DNA from: Cenococcum geophilum
Lineage: Eukaryota
Length of the DNA stretch: 64,000 nt
NCBI GenBank assembly: GCA_050273025.1
Contig: CP158635.1
Span: 2,728,001 to 2,792,000 of the forward strand
Direction of reading: 5' to 3'
Below, in pieces: positions 14,501 to 26,186 of this stretch (positions are counted from its first letter, which is position 1; each line of letters begins with the position of its first letter). Under the pieces are notes generated by a model. That model had not been told where the DNA came from. It ran no database searches and worked only from the letters and a program-made list of their open reading frames with translations. Made by a program: the position numbers and the translations under genes.

Positions 14501-15747
14501 TAGGAAGTTATATTAAGGCGTATAATAGGGCATAAGTAAAGCCATGCAACTAGATATATATTATTATATAAAGTAATACTTAACCGGCTACCTCTATATC
14601 GCTATCTCGGAATAATTAAAAGAAAAGGATTAATACTAGCCCTTATTATTTAATATAACCCTTTTATAGAGGTATAGTAAAACGGGGTATAGATAGGAAA
14701 GGATTATGCTCCTATATAACGAAGCCTTATAGGAAATACTACGATAGACTTGTTAATGGGCTAGGTATATAGGTATAGAATAGTTAAATAATAATAACAA
14801 CTAGTAGAGTGGTTGCCTGATAGATTAACTCTAATTATATTCTAAGAATTACTATAAGGAAGGAACTATCTAGGTAGGGACTGTAGTCCTTTAATTACAC
14901 CACTGTACTCTTATAAAATCCTTCTTATACGTAATATACGTAAGATACGCATTATACGTATATTCCCTTTATATACTTTACACACTGCGTATAATATTAT
15001 ATAATTTACTTACTATTCCTTATTATATAGTTCCACCGGCTCTATTCTAGACTGTGCTTATATTAACTAACTAGCTTTTTTTAACTTCTCTCTAAGTAGT
15101 TATAATATTATACTTAAAGCGTCTGTAACACTATCTCCCTCCTCTTTATTTTTGTCCTTAAAGATTTCTAGTTTTTTAAGTTATTTATTAGAGGTATAAT
15201 ATCTATCTAATTAATTTGGTTAATATTATTACTTATTATACCTAAAGCATCTCCTTCTTTATAAGCGTAACGTTATGCTTACACTATTACTACTATATTA
15301 TTACTTAGTAAGATTATACCGTCTCTATATTCTTATTATGCGAAAGAGGGGTTGGTTTATATTGCATTAGTAAGCCCTTCCTTGCGGTAACTGTCCTCTT
15401 ACTTAGAGTATACTAAAGCGAATATTCGCTCTTCTTATAATATTTATTCTTCTTTTAACGCTAAGTATACGCGTCCTATTACTCTTAATAGTCTTTAAGT
15501 TCCCTAGTTAATTTATCTTAGCATTAGGATTTTTTTTTTGGGCGCGTTATTGCAGCCGAAAATTGGGGTCTGCTTAACTTGCTTAAGTCGCAATTTTAGC
15601 AATTTACGGCGATTTGCAGCGATTTACAGGCTACTTTATATAAATTGCTAAAATTGCAACTTAAGCAACTTAGGCAGACCCTAATTTTTGGCTGTAATAA
15701 AAATGCAATAAAAATGTAACAAAAATACCATAAAACTGCATAAAGCG

Positions 15748-17350
15748 CTACACAAAGCTCCACACGAAGCTCTATATGAAGCTCCACACGAAGCTCTACA
15801 CGAAGCTTTACACGAGGTTCTACACAAGGCTCTACATAAAGCTCTACGTATAGAGGCTCTACACAAAGCTCTACACGAAGCTCTACACAAAGCTCTACAC
15901 GAAGCTCTACACGAAGCTCTGCACAAAGCTCTGCACAAAGCTCTGCACGAAGCTCTGCACGAAGCTTTACACGAAGCTCTACACGAAGCTCTGCACGAAG
16001 CTCTACACAAAGCTTTGCACGAGGCTCTACACGAGGCTCTATACAAAGCTTTACGTACAGAGGCTTTGCACAAGGCTCTACACGAAGCTCTACACGAGGC
16101 TCTACACGAAGCTCTACACGAAGCTCTATACGAAGCTCTGCACGAAGCTCTGCACGAAGCTCTGCACGAAGCTCTACACAAAGCTCTGCACGAAGCTCTG
16201 CACGAAGCTCTGCACAAAGCTCTACACGAAGCTCTACACAAAGCTCTACACGAAGCTCTATACGAAGCTCTACACGAAGCTTTGCACGAGGCTCTACACG
16301 AGGCTCTACACAAAGCTCTACATATAGAGGCTCTACACGAGGCTCTGCACGAAGCTCTACACAAAGCTCTACATAAGGCTCTGCACGAAGCTCTACACAA
16401 AGCTCTACGTACAGAGGCTCTGCACAAAGCTCTACACGAAGCTCTACACAAAGCTCTACACGAAGCTCTATATAAAGCTCTGCGCGAAGCTCTACACAAA
16501 GCTTTGCACGAGGCTCTACACAAGGCTCTACACAAAGCTCTGCGTACAGAGGCTCTGCACGAGGCTCTACACAAAGTTCTGCACGAAGCTCTACACGAAG
16601 CTCTACACGAAGCTCTACACGAAGCTCTACACGAAGCTTTGCACGAGGCTCTATATGAGGCTTTACACGAAGCTCTGCGTACAGAGGCTCGCACGAGGCT
16701 CTGTACGAAGCTCTACACGAAGCTCTACACAAAGCTTTACACGATGCTCTACACGAAGCTCTACGTACAAAGGCTCTACATAAAGCTCTACACGAAGCTC
16801 TGCACAAAGCTCTGCACAAAGCTCTGCACGAAGCTCTGCACGAAGCTTTACACGAAGCTTTACACGAGGCTCTACACGAGGCTCTATACAAAGCTCTACG
16901 TACAGAGGCTCTGCACGAGGCTCTACACGAAGCTCTGTACAAAGCTCTGCACAAAGCTCTACATAAAGCTCTACACGAAGCTCTACACAAAGCTCTACAC
17001 AAAGCTTTACACAAGGCTCTACACGAGGCTCTACACAAAGCTCTGCATATAGAGGCTCTACACGAGGCTCTGCACAAAGCTCTACACAAAGCTCTACACA
17101 AAGCTCTACACAAGGCTCTGCACGAAGCTCTACACAAAGCTCTACGTACAGAGGCTCTACACGAAGCTCTACACAAAGCTCTGCACAAAGCTCTATATAA
17201 AGCTCTATACAAAGCTCTACATAAAGCTCTACAAAGCTCTACACAAAGCTCTACATATAGAGGCTCTACACGAGGCTTTGCGCGAAGCTCTACACGAGGC
17301 TCTGCGCAAAGCCCTGCATATAGAGGCTTTATACGAAGCTCTACACAAAG
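15748..17350 (+). repeat. 12-bp minisatellite (CACGAAGCTCTA) with interspersed 15-bp variants
   Basis: Directly visible tandem array. It produces the HEAL/RASC/VELR ORFs in the track. Confidence 0.97.
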
Positions 17351-17517
17351 CCTTTGTGTGTGCGCGCAATACACTACTATTAGGTCCCTACTATATTCCC
17401 AATAGCCTCTATACGTGCCTCTGCTAAGTATACCCCCTATATACACCTAGGTAGCCACCTCATTTTTTACCCTTCCTTATATCCTCCCTACCTAGGAAGA
17501 CACTAGAATGATAGCTA

Positions 17518-18120
17518 GCAGACAACCGTCGCCGGAGCCAGACAACCGTCGCTAGAGCTAGACGACCGTCAGAGCTAGACGACCGTCGTCAGAGCTAGAC
17601 AACCATCGCCAGAGCTAGACGACCGTCAGAGCCAGACGACCGTCATCAGAGCTAGACGACCGTCGCCGCAGCCAGATGACCGTCACCAGAGCTGGACGAC
17701 CGTCGTCAGAGCTAGACGGCCGTCGCCAGAGCCAGATAACCGTCGCCAGAGCTAGACGACCGTTAGAGCCAGACGACCGTCGTTATCGCCACACGACCGT
17801 CGCCAGAGCCACACGACAACCGTTCAAACGACTAGCCAGCGAACACGATAAACGATTCGATCGATCAATTAAATTAAGGTAATATAGATAGGTAGGCACA
17901 GACAGGTAGGCATAGATAGGTAAGTATAGACGGGTAGGTATAGACGGACGGACAAATAGATAGATAGATAGGTAGGCAAGCAGGCAGGTAGGTAGGCAGG
18001 TAGGTAGGTAGGCAGGTAGGCAGGTAGGTAGGTAGGCAGGTAGGTAGGTAGGCAGGTAGGTAGGCAGGCAGGTAGATAGGTAGGTAGGCAGGCAGGTAGG
18101 CAGGCAGGTAGGTAGGTAGA
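17518..18120 (+). repeat. 21-bp minisatellite (GACGACCGTCGCCAGAGCCA/TA), short palindrome, then GGTA/GGCA microsatellite
   Basis: Array 17518-17825, CGATTCGATCGATC motif ~17853, microsatellite ~17885-18120. Confidence 0.95.
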
Positions 18121-18264
18121 TAATTTAAAGCCTCTGCGAAAGGCTTCCCCCTTAACGCCTAAAGTAGATAGCTCTACATTGTATATAGTTATAATATAAA
18201 TATATTTAAAAGTATATTATAGAAATCTATAGGAATATATAATAATTTAGTTATTATATAATAT

Positions 18265-18402
18265 AATTATAATTTATAGTTATAATTTATATAGTTACAA
18301 TTTATATAGTTTTTATAATTTATACAGTTTTTATAATTTATACGGTTTTTACAATTTATACAGTTTTTATAATTTGTATAGTTTTTATAATTTATATAGT
18401 TT
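18265..18402 (+). repeat. ~18-bp subterminal tandem repeat (GTTTTTACAATTTATACA) of TIR element A
   Basis: The same array occurs at ~60430-60565 in element B. Confidence 0.85.
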
Positions 18403-18498
18403 GCGAGCTATTTATTTATAGGGTAGCGTTTTACTGGCATTAGTTTAGTAGTTAAGCGTTTTACTATAATTTACTAGTAAAAGCTGTAAATTTGTTAC

Positions 18499-21400
18499 TA
18501 TCTAAATAAGTTTGAACGGGTATTTATAGACGCAATCACGTGAGCTAAGCGAGCTCAGGAAACCCCTTAAATTCTACCTCTTTATGTACAATTAGAAGAA
18601 CAAGTCACCATCCAAACAAGCATACGATACTACATGTATTTCGTGCCCGTGGATACGACTCACTCGTGCTATTAAGTTAGTACGAACACTGATCAGTGAG
18701 CGCGCACAGATCAGGAGATACGCACTTGCTTGGAAGACGTTTACGCTCCACCTTGCAAAGGCCCTATCTCAGTTGAACAGAATCAAAGTACTCTAGATTT
18801 GGAAGACGTCTAACGCTCCACCTTATCTAGAAATACCTCGAATCTAAATCAGCAATCACTCAACACCTCCCCCCGAGCGATACTCGACAGCGACCACCCG
18901 TTCAGACTCCTAGTACGACCTACTGGAAGGTCGGAAGTCGGGGATTACGGACTATCACCAACTCTGTATACTTATTCAAGTCTTAGTACGGTTTACCGGA
19001 AGTTTATAGACGCGAATACAGACCTGTACAAAACCCCTACCCTTAAACCTCGAACCCCTATTCCTACTATACCTCCCCCAACCTCTTTCCAGACCCCTTA
19101 CGGAGACCCCTTACCCTTCTACAAACCACTACGGACCTATCAATTGCTTTTACGGACCGTTACAAAACCTTACGGAAACCCCCTACCCTCCTACAAACCG
19201 TCACAGACCTGTTAACCGCCTTTACGGACCACTACAAGATCTTCCCCACCCGCAACGCACTATACTATACTATATAGTATAGCAGACCTAAGCAAGCAAG
19301 TTAATAAAGGTCAAGAAAAATGGAGGCAAGGAGTTAACCTTACGTCCATAACTAACGTCAACAACTACATCAAATTCAAAATCCTTAAATACGGATATTT
19401 TAAGCTTATGAAGAATGACGACCTATAGGAGCAATACCAGGAAGACTTTGCGGACTTTACGGAAGCTATTTTTAAGGCTTGCAACCGTATAGCTACCTAT
19501 AACTTACGAACCCTTTTACGTTACCGAGGTATATAGGTCAACAAGCAAGTTACCATTATACAGTCTTTATACGACACACTATGCGAGGAGAACCAAACGG
19601 AATGGACTAAAGAGGAAGTCCTAGACCATATCAATACCAATGGATTCTTTACCTCTATAAAACTCAACTAGATCTTTATAGGACCTTCAATACTTACAAA
19701 TCCACCATTGCCTAGAGAAATAGGACTTTTGCCATATACAACGTCAAAGGAAGAGACTATTAAGACGTCAGATAAGGACGAGACTCAGGTAGACTCCAGT
19801 GGAAATCAACAGGTAGACTCCAGCAGAAATCAAGATCAAGCGACCGATCAAAAGGAGCTTAACTCTCAAGACAATAATACAATAGGCCCACAAGCCTCGA
19901 AGGACGATCCTCTACCTAGCCTTCCTACCCCAGCTCAGTCACTAGAGCCTCAATCAACTATACAAGCTCCACCCGTACAAGCTCCGTCCACACAAGCTTC
20001 GTCCGCACAAGCTCCACCCGCGCAAGCTCCATCCGCACAAGCCCCGTCCATACAAGCTCCGTCCCCACAAGCTCCGTCCATACAAGCTCCATCCGCGCAA
20101 GCTCCGTCTGCGCAAGCTCCGCCCGCGCAAGCTCCGTCCCTACAAGCTCCGTCTACACAAGCTCCGCCTATGCAAGCTCCGTCCGCACAAGCTCCGTCCG
20201 TACAAGCTCCGTCTGTACAAGCTCCGCCCGCGCAACCTCCGCCTACGCAACCTCCGTCCGCGCAACCTCCGCCTGCGCAAGCCTCGTCCGCGCAAGCCCT
20301 ACCCACACAAGCCCCGCCTATACAAGCTCCGCCCGTACAAGCTCCACCCATACAAGCTCCATCCGCGCAAGCTCCGCCTATACAAGCTCCGCCTATACAA
20401 GCTCCGCCCGCACAAGCTCCGCCCCCACAAGCTCCGTCTGCGCAAGCCCCGTCCGCGCAAGCTCCGTTCGTACAAGCTCCACCTATATAAGCTCCGCTAG
20501 CTTCACCCTCTTCGTTAACTAAAGCCAAGGAGCCGCGGCAGCCGAGCTCATACAAGCCCCCGCAACCTGCCCAGCGACAGTACAACTCCCAGCAATTACT
20601 ACCTACGGCAACCACCTCTACCCTCCCCCTAGTAACTGCTCTAACCTTACCTAGTCTTCCTCCCGCCCAGTATTTCCACCCTAGTACTGCCAATACTGAC
20701 CCTAATATGCAGCTGCATATAGACCAACCTACGTACAACCCCCTGGGGGCGTATATCACGCCTATTTGCCAACCAAAGGCCTCATTCAATCTACCCTTTG
20801 CTGCCCAGTCTTCAGCTGTTATATGGGAGAAGGAATACCCCAGTTAAGGAGTATATACTACCTTCTTTATAGACCGCCGCTACTGCCAGTAGTACTAAAA
20901 CCCACCGCCTGCACCGCCGTTTTGACCACCCGTTAGCCAAAAAGCCGTTCTAGTTAAGGCGTATTAGCCCGTTAGGCTTATCAAGCGAGCTTACCTAGCC
21001 TTATAGAGTGCTTATGGTTTATTTACGGTCCGTCAGAAGGCCGTACGGTTCATTTACGGCCCGTCTAAAAGGCCGCACGGCTTATTTTACGGACCGTAAA
21101 TAGGACTTACTCCAGCTCAAAGCACCGTTTAGAAGACAACTAAAAAGACACTTCAGGAGGGATTTCCTACGCATTTCCTTTATGTTTTATAGTTTTATCT
21201 TTACGCATTTCTTTTATATTTTATGGTTTTATTTTTATATATTTTACATTTTATGGTTTTATTAAAGCAAATTACGGAGGCTATATACAAGCGGTTCTAT
21301 TTTTTAAGTACCGCTAGTATATAATTACAGCACCTGCTATACGGAGGAATTTCCTATGTATTTCTTTATGTTTTATAGTTTTATTTCTTATATATTTCTG

Positions 21401-21707
21401 TATTTTATGGTTTTATTTTCCTATATATTTCCTATATATTTTCTTTATATTTTACAGTTCTACTAAAGCAAGTACGGAGGCTATGCACAAGTGGTTTCAT
21501 TTTTTAAGTACCGCCAGTGTCTGAATAAGTTTGAACGGGTATTTATGGACGTAATCACGTGAGCTAAGCGAGCTCAGGAAACCCCTTAAATTCTACCTCT
21601 TTATGTACAATTAGAAGAACAAGTCACCATCCAAACAAGCATACGATACTACATGTATTTCGTGCCCGTGGATACGACTCACTCGTGCTATTAAGTTAGT
21701 ACGAACA
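18499..21707 (+). mobile_element. Short non-autonomous LTR element E (3.2 kb, gag-like ORF only)
   Basis: 190-bp LTRs at 18499-18688 and 21518-21707, with four visible differences, all RIP-type. TSD GTTAC at 18494-98 and 21708-12. No RT or IN motifs inside. Confidence 0.93.
19279..20845 (+). pseudogene. gag-like ORF with a 15-bp QAPS/QAPP repeat tract (19960-20500), a few RIP stops
   Basis: Frame from ATA 19279 reads DDL*EQYQEDFADFTEAIF..LRTLLRYRGI*V and is in frame with the 19708-20490 ORF. The stop at 20488 is a CAA>TAA within the repeat. Confidence 0.7.
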
Positions 21708-23703
21708 GTTACAAAACGCGCGGTTTGCGCGAATCGCTAACAACTATATACGACCACGCAAATCGCACAGTTTACAGCAAATTGCCGCAATCTGCAACAA
21801 CGCGCCTAAAAAAAAAATCCTAATAAGGGTTTTATATTTAATCTGCTACTACGCGGCTAGATAGTAAACTAACTTATGCCCTTATTAAGCTTAAATATTC
21901 TTATAACGCGGAACAGAAGGCTCTAGATACTTAGATCGCGGCATCTACCCGCCTTCTTCGTCTTAAGAAGGTGCGTAAAAAGGTCTATTTTAAGGAGTAA
22001 AAACTTATAAAATAAGGTCTATAGGAACTTAGTAATAAGAGGACTAATCCTCCTTTAACTAAGAAGGGAATAACTCTAAGTAGCTCAGTAGCTGCTCCTC
22101 TTAGGTCCCCCTTAAGTAACTCGTTTTTTAATAATCCCTGTTTATTAATACTGCCTAACTTAATCTCTTTTAATACTCCTATACCTTTCCTATAGTATTT
22201 TTTAAATTTTATAATAGCTTCTAAGTAGTTTTATTATAGCCTATCTATTTAACCTTATACTATATTTTATTGTTAATGTCCTTATAGCTAATAATCTTTA
22301 AAACTTACTATTTATCTTCTTCCTATTCTCTATACGTGTCTGCCTTATAGACTAGTAGCTTAATATTTCCTTATACTAGCTCTAGTATTATAATATACTA
22401 TATAGGGTAAATTTTTATCCTAGCTAGTAGGTTTAACTTAAATATAACTAGTAAAATCCTCTATATAATTTTAAAAGGTTTTAGTCTAACGTAATCTAAT
22501 TTCTTACTTAGTCGTCAACTCTTAAAATTTTTATATAGTAGCTATGCTTTACCTCCTTCCTTAAGATCTAGTCCCTTAGATCTCTTAGCGTTATAGTATC
22601 TTTTTATTCTCTATTATACCATTTTTACTATTTCTATAAGGTCTATATAAAGATTTATTAGTATCTTTATTCTTTCTTTAGCTTTGCTACTTATCTTTTT
22701 CGCTTAATATAGCGATAATAATATTCTTAGCTCGTATCCGTAATTCGCCTTAAATAGTAATATACCTATTCCTTCTTATAGTGTTATATTATATATAAAC
22801 TATATAACTAGTAATAACAATACCTAATTGTTCTGTATATAATTAATATAATGCCTTAGATACTATTCTAGTGTCTAATTTAGTTTTTCCATTTAACCGT
22901 CTATCTGCAGATAGTATAGAGTAAAAGTTGCTGCTTAAACTCCTTGTTCTGCTAAAAATACCTCCTAAAATACTACTATAAATCTTAAATCTCTATCCGA
23001 TATAATTTTACTTAGTGCTCTATATCTTATAAACACTTCCTTAATATAGATTCTAGTAATATCTTCCGCTAAGATTTCTTCTATACACGCTATAAAGTAC
23101 CCCTACTTTATAAGCTTGTCTATTATTACTAAGATCGCGTTATAATCTTATTTAGTAATAAGATCTCTTAACTTTAGTAACTTAATAATAAAGTCCTATA
23201 ATATAACCTTCTATAGTCTCTCTAGTATCTTAATAGGTTGTAGCTCTCTATACAGCTTATACCTTATTAGTTTATTCCTTTAGCAATTTAGATACTTTTT
23301 AGTGACTTTTCTAGCAATTCCCTAGATTTTATTAATAATATATTCTTCTTAAAGTCTTAACACTAAGCCTATAGCTCTATTATGTCCTTAAGTTATTCCC
23401 TTATAAAAGTCTTCTATAAAATGCTCTGCTATGCCTTTTAGAATATATATGGCTTCTCGGTTCTTATATATATCTATCTATAGATCTTCTAGCTATACTT
23501 CTAAAATTCTTTACACCTAAAAGCTCTTTAGTATCTCATAGATTCTCTTTAATTTTTCTTCTTAAGTTGCTATAATTTTTGGATGATTATACCTAATTAA
23601 TCCGTCTATATCTTTTTGCAGTAAAGCCCCTAATAGCTTCTTATCGTTTTATAGTTTAGCCTTTCTACTTAAAGCGTCTGCTTATATATTTTTTGTACCC
23701 TTA

Positions 23704-26186
23704 CATCGGCAAAATATGGTACCCTTTCAATGGCCTCAATGGTTGGTGGTTGACGCAATTGGCGCGCAGTTAAGGTCATTTGGCAACTCGACCGACTAGC
23801 CTATGTCGTGTTTTTTTGACACGCAGCCTGCGCGTAGCCTACGCGCAACCTGCGCGCAACCTGCCAGCAATCTGCGTATTTGGCAACTATAATTATATTT
23901 ACCTCTTTTATACTAATAGCATATTTTAAATAAATAAAAGCTATTTTAAAGCTATTTATAAGGCTAGTAAAATAAATAATATTATTTTAGATAATTTAAT
24001 ATAATATAGCGATGGTTCTCTTCTACCTATCTACCTATTGACTTACCTACCTGCCTATCTACCTACCTGCCTGCATCGCCTACCTGTCTGCATTGCCTAC
24101 CTATCTACATTGCCTACCTGTCTGCATTACCTACCTATCTGCATTGCCTACCTGCCTGCATTGCCTACCTGTCTGCATTGCCTACCTATCTGCATCGCCT
24201 ACCTATCTGCATCGCCTACCTGTTTGCATCTGCCTACCTGTCTATATCTGCCTACCCGTCAGCATCTGCCTACCTGTCTGCATCTGCTTGCCTGTCTGCA
24301 TCTGCTTACCTGTCTGTATCTGCCTACCTGTCTGCATCTGCCTACCCGTCAGCATCTCCCTGTTTATACCTACCTGTCTGTGCTACCTTGATTCGATCAA
24401 TTAATCGAATCGTTTATAGTGTTCGCTGGCTAGTCGTTGTCGTCTGGTTCTGGCGACGGTCGTCTAGTTCTGGTAACGGTCGTCTGGCTCTGGTAACGGT
24501 CGTCTGGTTCTGGCGACGGTCGTCTAGTTCTAGCGACGGTCGTCTGGTTCTGGCGACGGTCGTCTGGCTCTGGCGACGGTCGTCTGGTTTTGGCGACAGT
24601 CGTCTGACTCTGGAGACGGTCGTTTGGCTCTGGCGACGGTCGTCTGGTTCTGGTAACGGTCGTCTGGTTCTGGCGACGGTCGTCTGGTTCTAGCGACAGT
24701 TGTCTAGCTCTGGCGATAGTCGTCTGGCTCTGACGACGATTGTCTGGTTCTGGCGACGGTCGTCTGGCTCTGGCGACGGTCGTCTGGTTCTGGTAACGGT
24801 CGTCTGGTTCTGGCGACGGTCGTCTGGTTCTAGCGATAGTCATCTAGTTCTAGCAACGGTCCTCTGCTGGCTGCCGTTCTAGTGCCTCCCTAGGTAGGGA
24901 GGATGTAAGGAGGGAAGGAAGGGTAAAAAATAAGGCGGCTACATAGGCAGAGACACGTGTAGACGCTATCGGGAATATAGCGGGGACCCGATGCAGAGCT
25001 TCGTGTAGAGCCTCCGTACGCAGAGCTTCGCGCAGAGCCTTGTGCAGAGCCTCTGTACGTAGAGCTTCGTATAGAGCTTCGTGTAGAGCTTCGTGTAGAG
25101 CCTCCGTATGCAGAGCTTCGCGCAGAGCCTCGTGCAGAGCTTCGTGTAGAGCCTCCGTACGCAGAGCTTCGCGCAGAGCCTCGTGCAGAGCCTCGTGCAG
25201 AGCTTCGTGCAGAGCCTCCGTACGCAGAGCCTCGCGCAGAGCCTCGTGCAGAGCCTCTACGTAGAGCTTCGTGCAGAGCCTCCGTACGCAGAGCTTCGCG
25301 CAGAGCCTCATGCAGAGCCTCTGTACGTAGAGCTTCGTGCAGAGCTTCGTGCAGAGCTTCGTGCAGAGCTTCGTGCAGAGCCTCCGTACGCAGAGCCTCG
25401 CGCAGAGCCTCGTGCAGAGCCTCTACGTAGAGCTTCGTGCAGAGCCTCCGTACGCAGAGCCTCGCGCAGAGCTTCGTGCAGAGCCTCTACGTAGAGCTTC
25501 GTGCAGAGCCTCCGTACGCAGAGCTTCGCGCAGAGCCTCGTGCAGAGCCTCTACGTAGAGCTTCGTGTAGAGCTTCGTGTAGAGCTTCGTGTAGAGCTTC
25601 GTGTAGAGCTTCGTGTAGAGCTTCGTGTAGAGCTTCGTGTAGAGCTTCGTGTAGAGCTTCGTGTAGAGCCTTGTGCAGAGCCTCGTGTAGAGCTTCGTGT
25701 AGAGCTTCGTGTAGAGCTTCGTGTAGAGCCTTGTGCAGAGCCTTGTGCAGAGCCTCTAAGTAATAAGACTATGTAAGATTATATAAGATTGCGTAATTGG
25801 CATATAACTTTACCTTAATTGCATGTCAAGGAATATACAGTTAGCTTTTAAAGTTGTTAAATAGGTTAACTGCGTGTCAAGGAATATGCAGTTAGCTTTT
25901 AAAGTTGTTAAATAGGTTAACTGCGTGTCAAGGAATATGCAGTTAGCTTTTAAAGTTGTCAAGTTAGTTAATTGCGTATTAAGTTAGTTAAATTGCATGT
26001 CAAGTTGGTCAATTGCGTATTAAGTTGGTTAAATTGCATGTCAAGTTGGTCAATTGCGTGTCAAGTTGGTCAATTGCGTGTCAAGTTGGTCAATTGCGTG
26101 TCAAGTTAGTCAAATTGCATGTCAATTACGCGAAACGCGCCACATAAAGTCTACTTGAATCTCATCCTGCGAATATTTTCCCGATG
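23704..26186 (-). mobile_element. Non-autonomous TIR DNA element C (CATCGG termini, TA TSD) carrying the same satellite cassette inverted
   Basis: TIR CATCGGCAAAATAT / ATATTTTCCCGATG. TA at 23702-03 and 26187-88. Removing the element and one TA restores the host RNaseH frame FKI*YTKGTKNI*ADALSR. Subterminal TGCGTGTCAA repeats at 25810-26125, with an inverted copy ~23817. Confidence 0.9.
24025..25757 (-). repeat. Satellite cassette copy in C: TGCC/TACC microsatellite, palindrome, 21-bp array, spacer, 12-bp array
   Basis: Microsatellite 24025-24385, GATTCGATCAATTAATCGAATC at 24390-24411, 21-bp array 24430-24862, spacer to 24990, 12/15-bp array 24991-25757. Confidence 0.95.

Larger units (their letters stand above)
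15522..21825 (+). mobile_element. Non-autonomous TIR DNA element A (CATTAGG termini, 2-bp TSD; CMC/EnSpm-like) carrying the satellite cassette
   Basis: Left end CATTAGGATTTTTTTTTTGGGCGCGTTATTGCAG, right end CTGCAACAACGCGCCTAAAAAAAAAATCCTAAT(A). Flanked by AG at 15520-21 and 21826-27. No transposase ORF. Confidence 0.82.
15238..22190 (+). pseudogene. Antisense Cys-rich / coiled-coil accessory ORF of the 14715 Gypsy, split by TIR element A
   Basis: From 15238 it reads (M)PKASPS..IPSLYSYYAKEGLVYIALVSPSLR*LSSYLEYTKANIRSSY. Reverting TAT/TAC to TGT/TGC gives CxxC..C..CxxC..C spacing. After 21828 it continues AEQKALDT*IAASTRLLRLKKVRKK. The de-RIP reading is inference. Confidence 0.6.

Noticed and set aside
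15596..17446. Long ORFs (616, 337, 345 aa) as real proteins; likewise at 24038-25776 and 43753-44773
   Set aside because: They are open in several frames on both strands only because triplet-length tandem repeats lack stops. No domain evidence.
17518..17825. CRISPR-like array (also the 12-bp and 35-bp arrays)
   Set aside because: Units are head-to-tail with no unique spacers, there are no cas genes, and the context is eukaryotic.
17885..18120. Telomeric repeat tract
   Set aside because: Units are GGTA/GGCA, not TTAGGG, and are internal to a TIR element.
19950..20789. 279-aa GAC-repeat ORF on the minus strand
   Set aside because: Antisense shadow of the QAP repeat tract.
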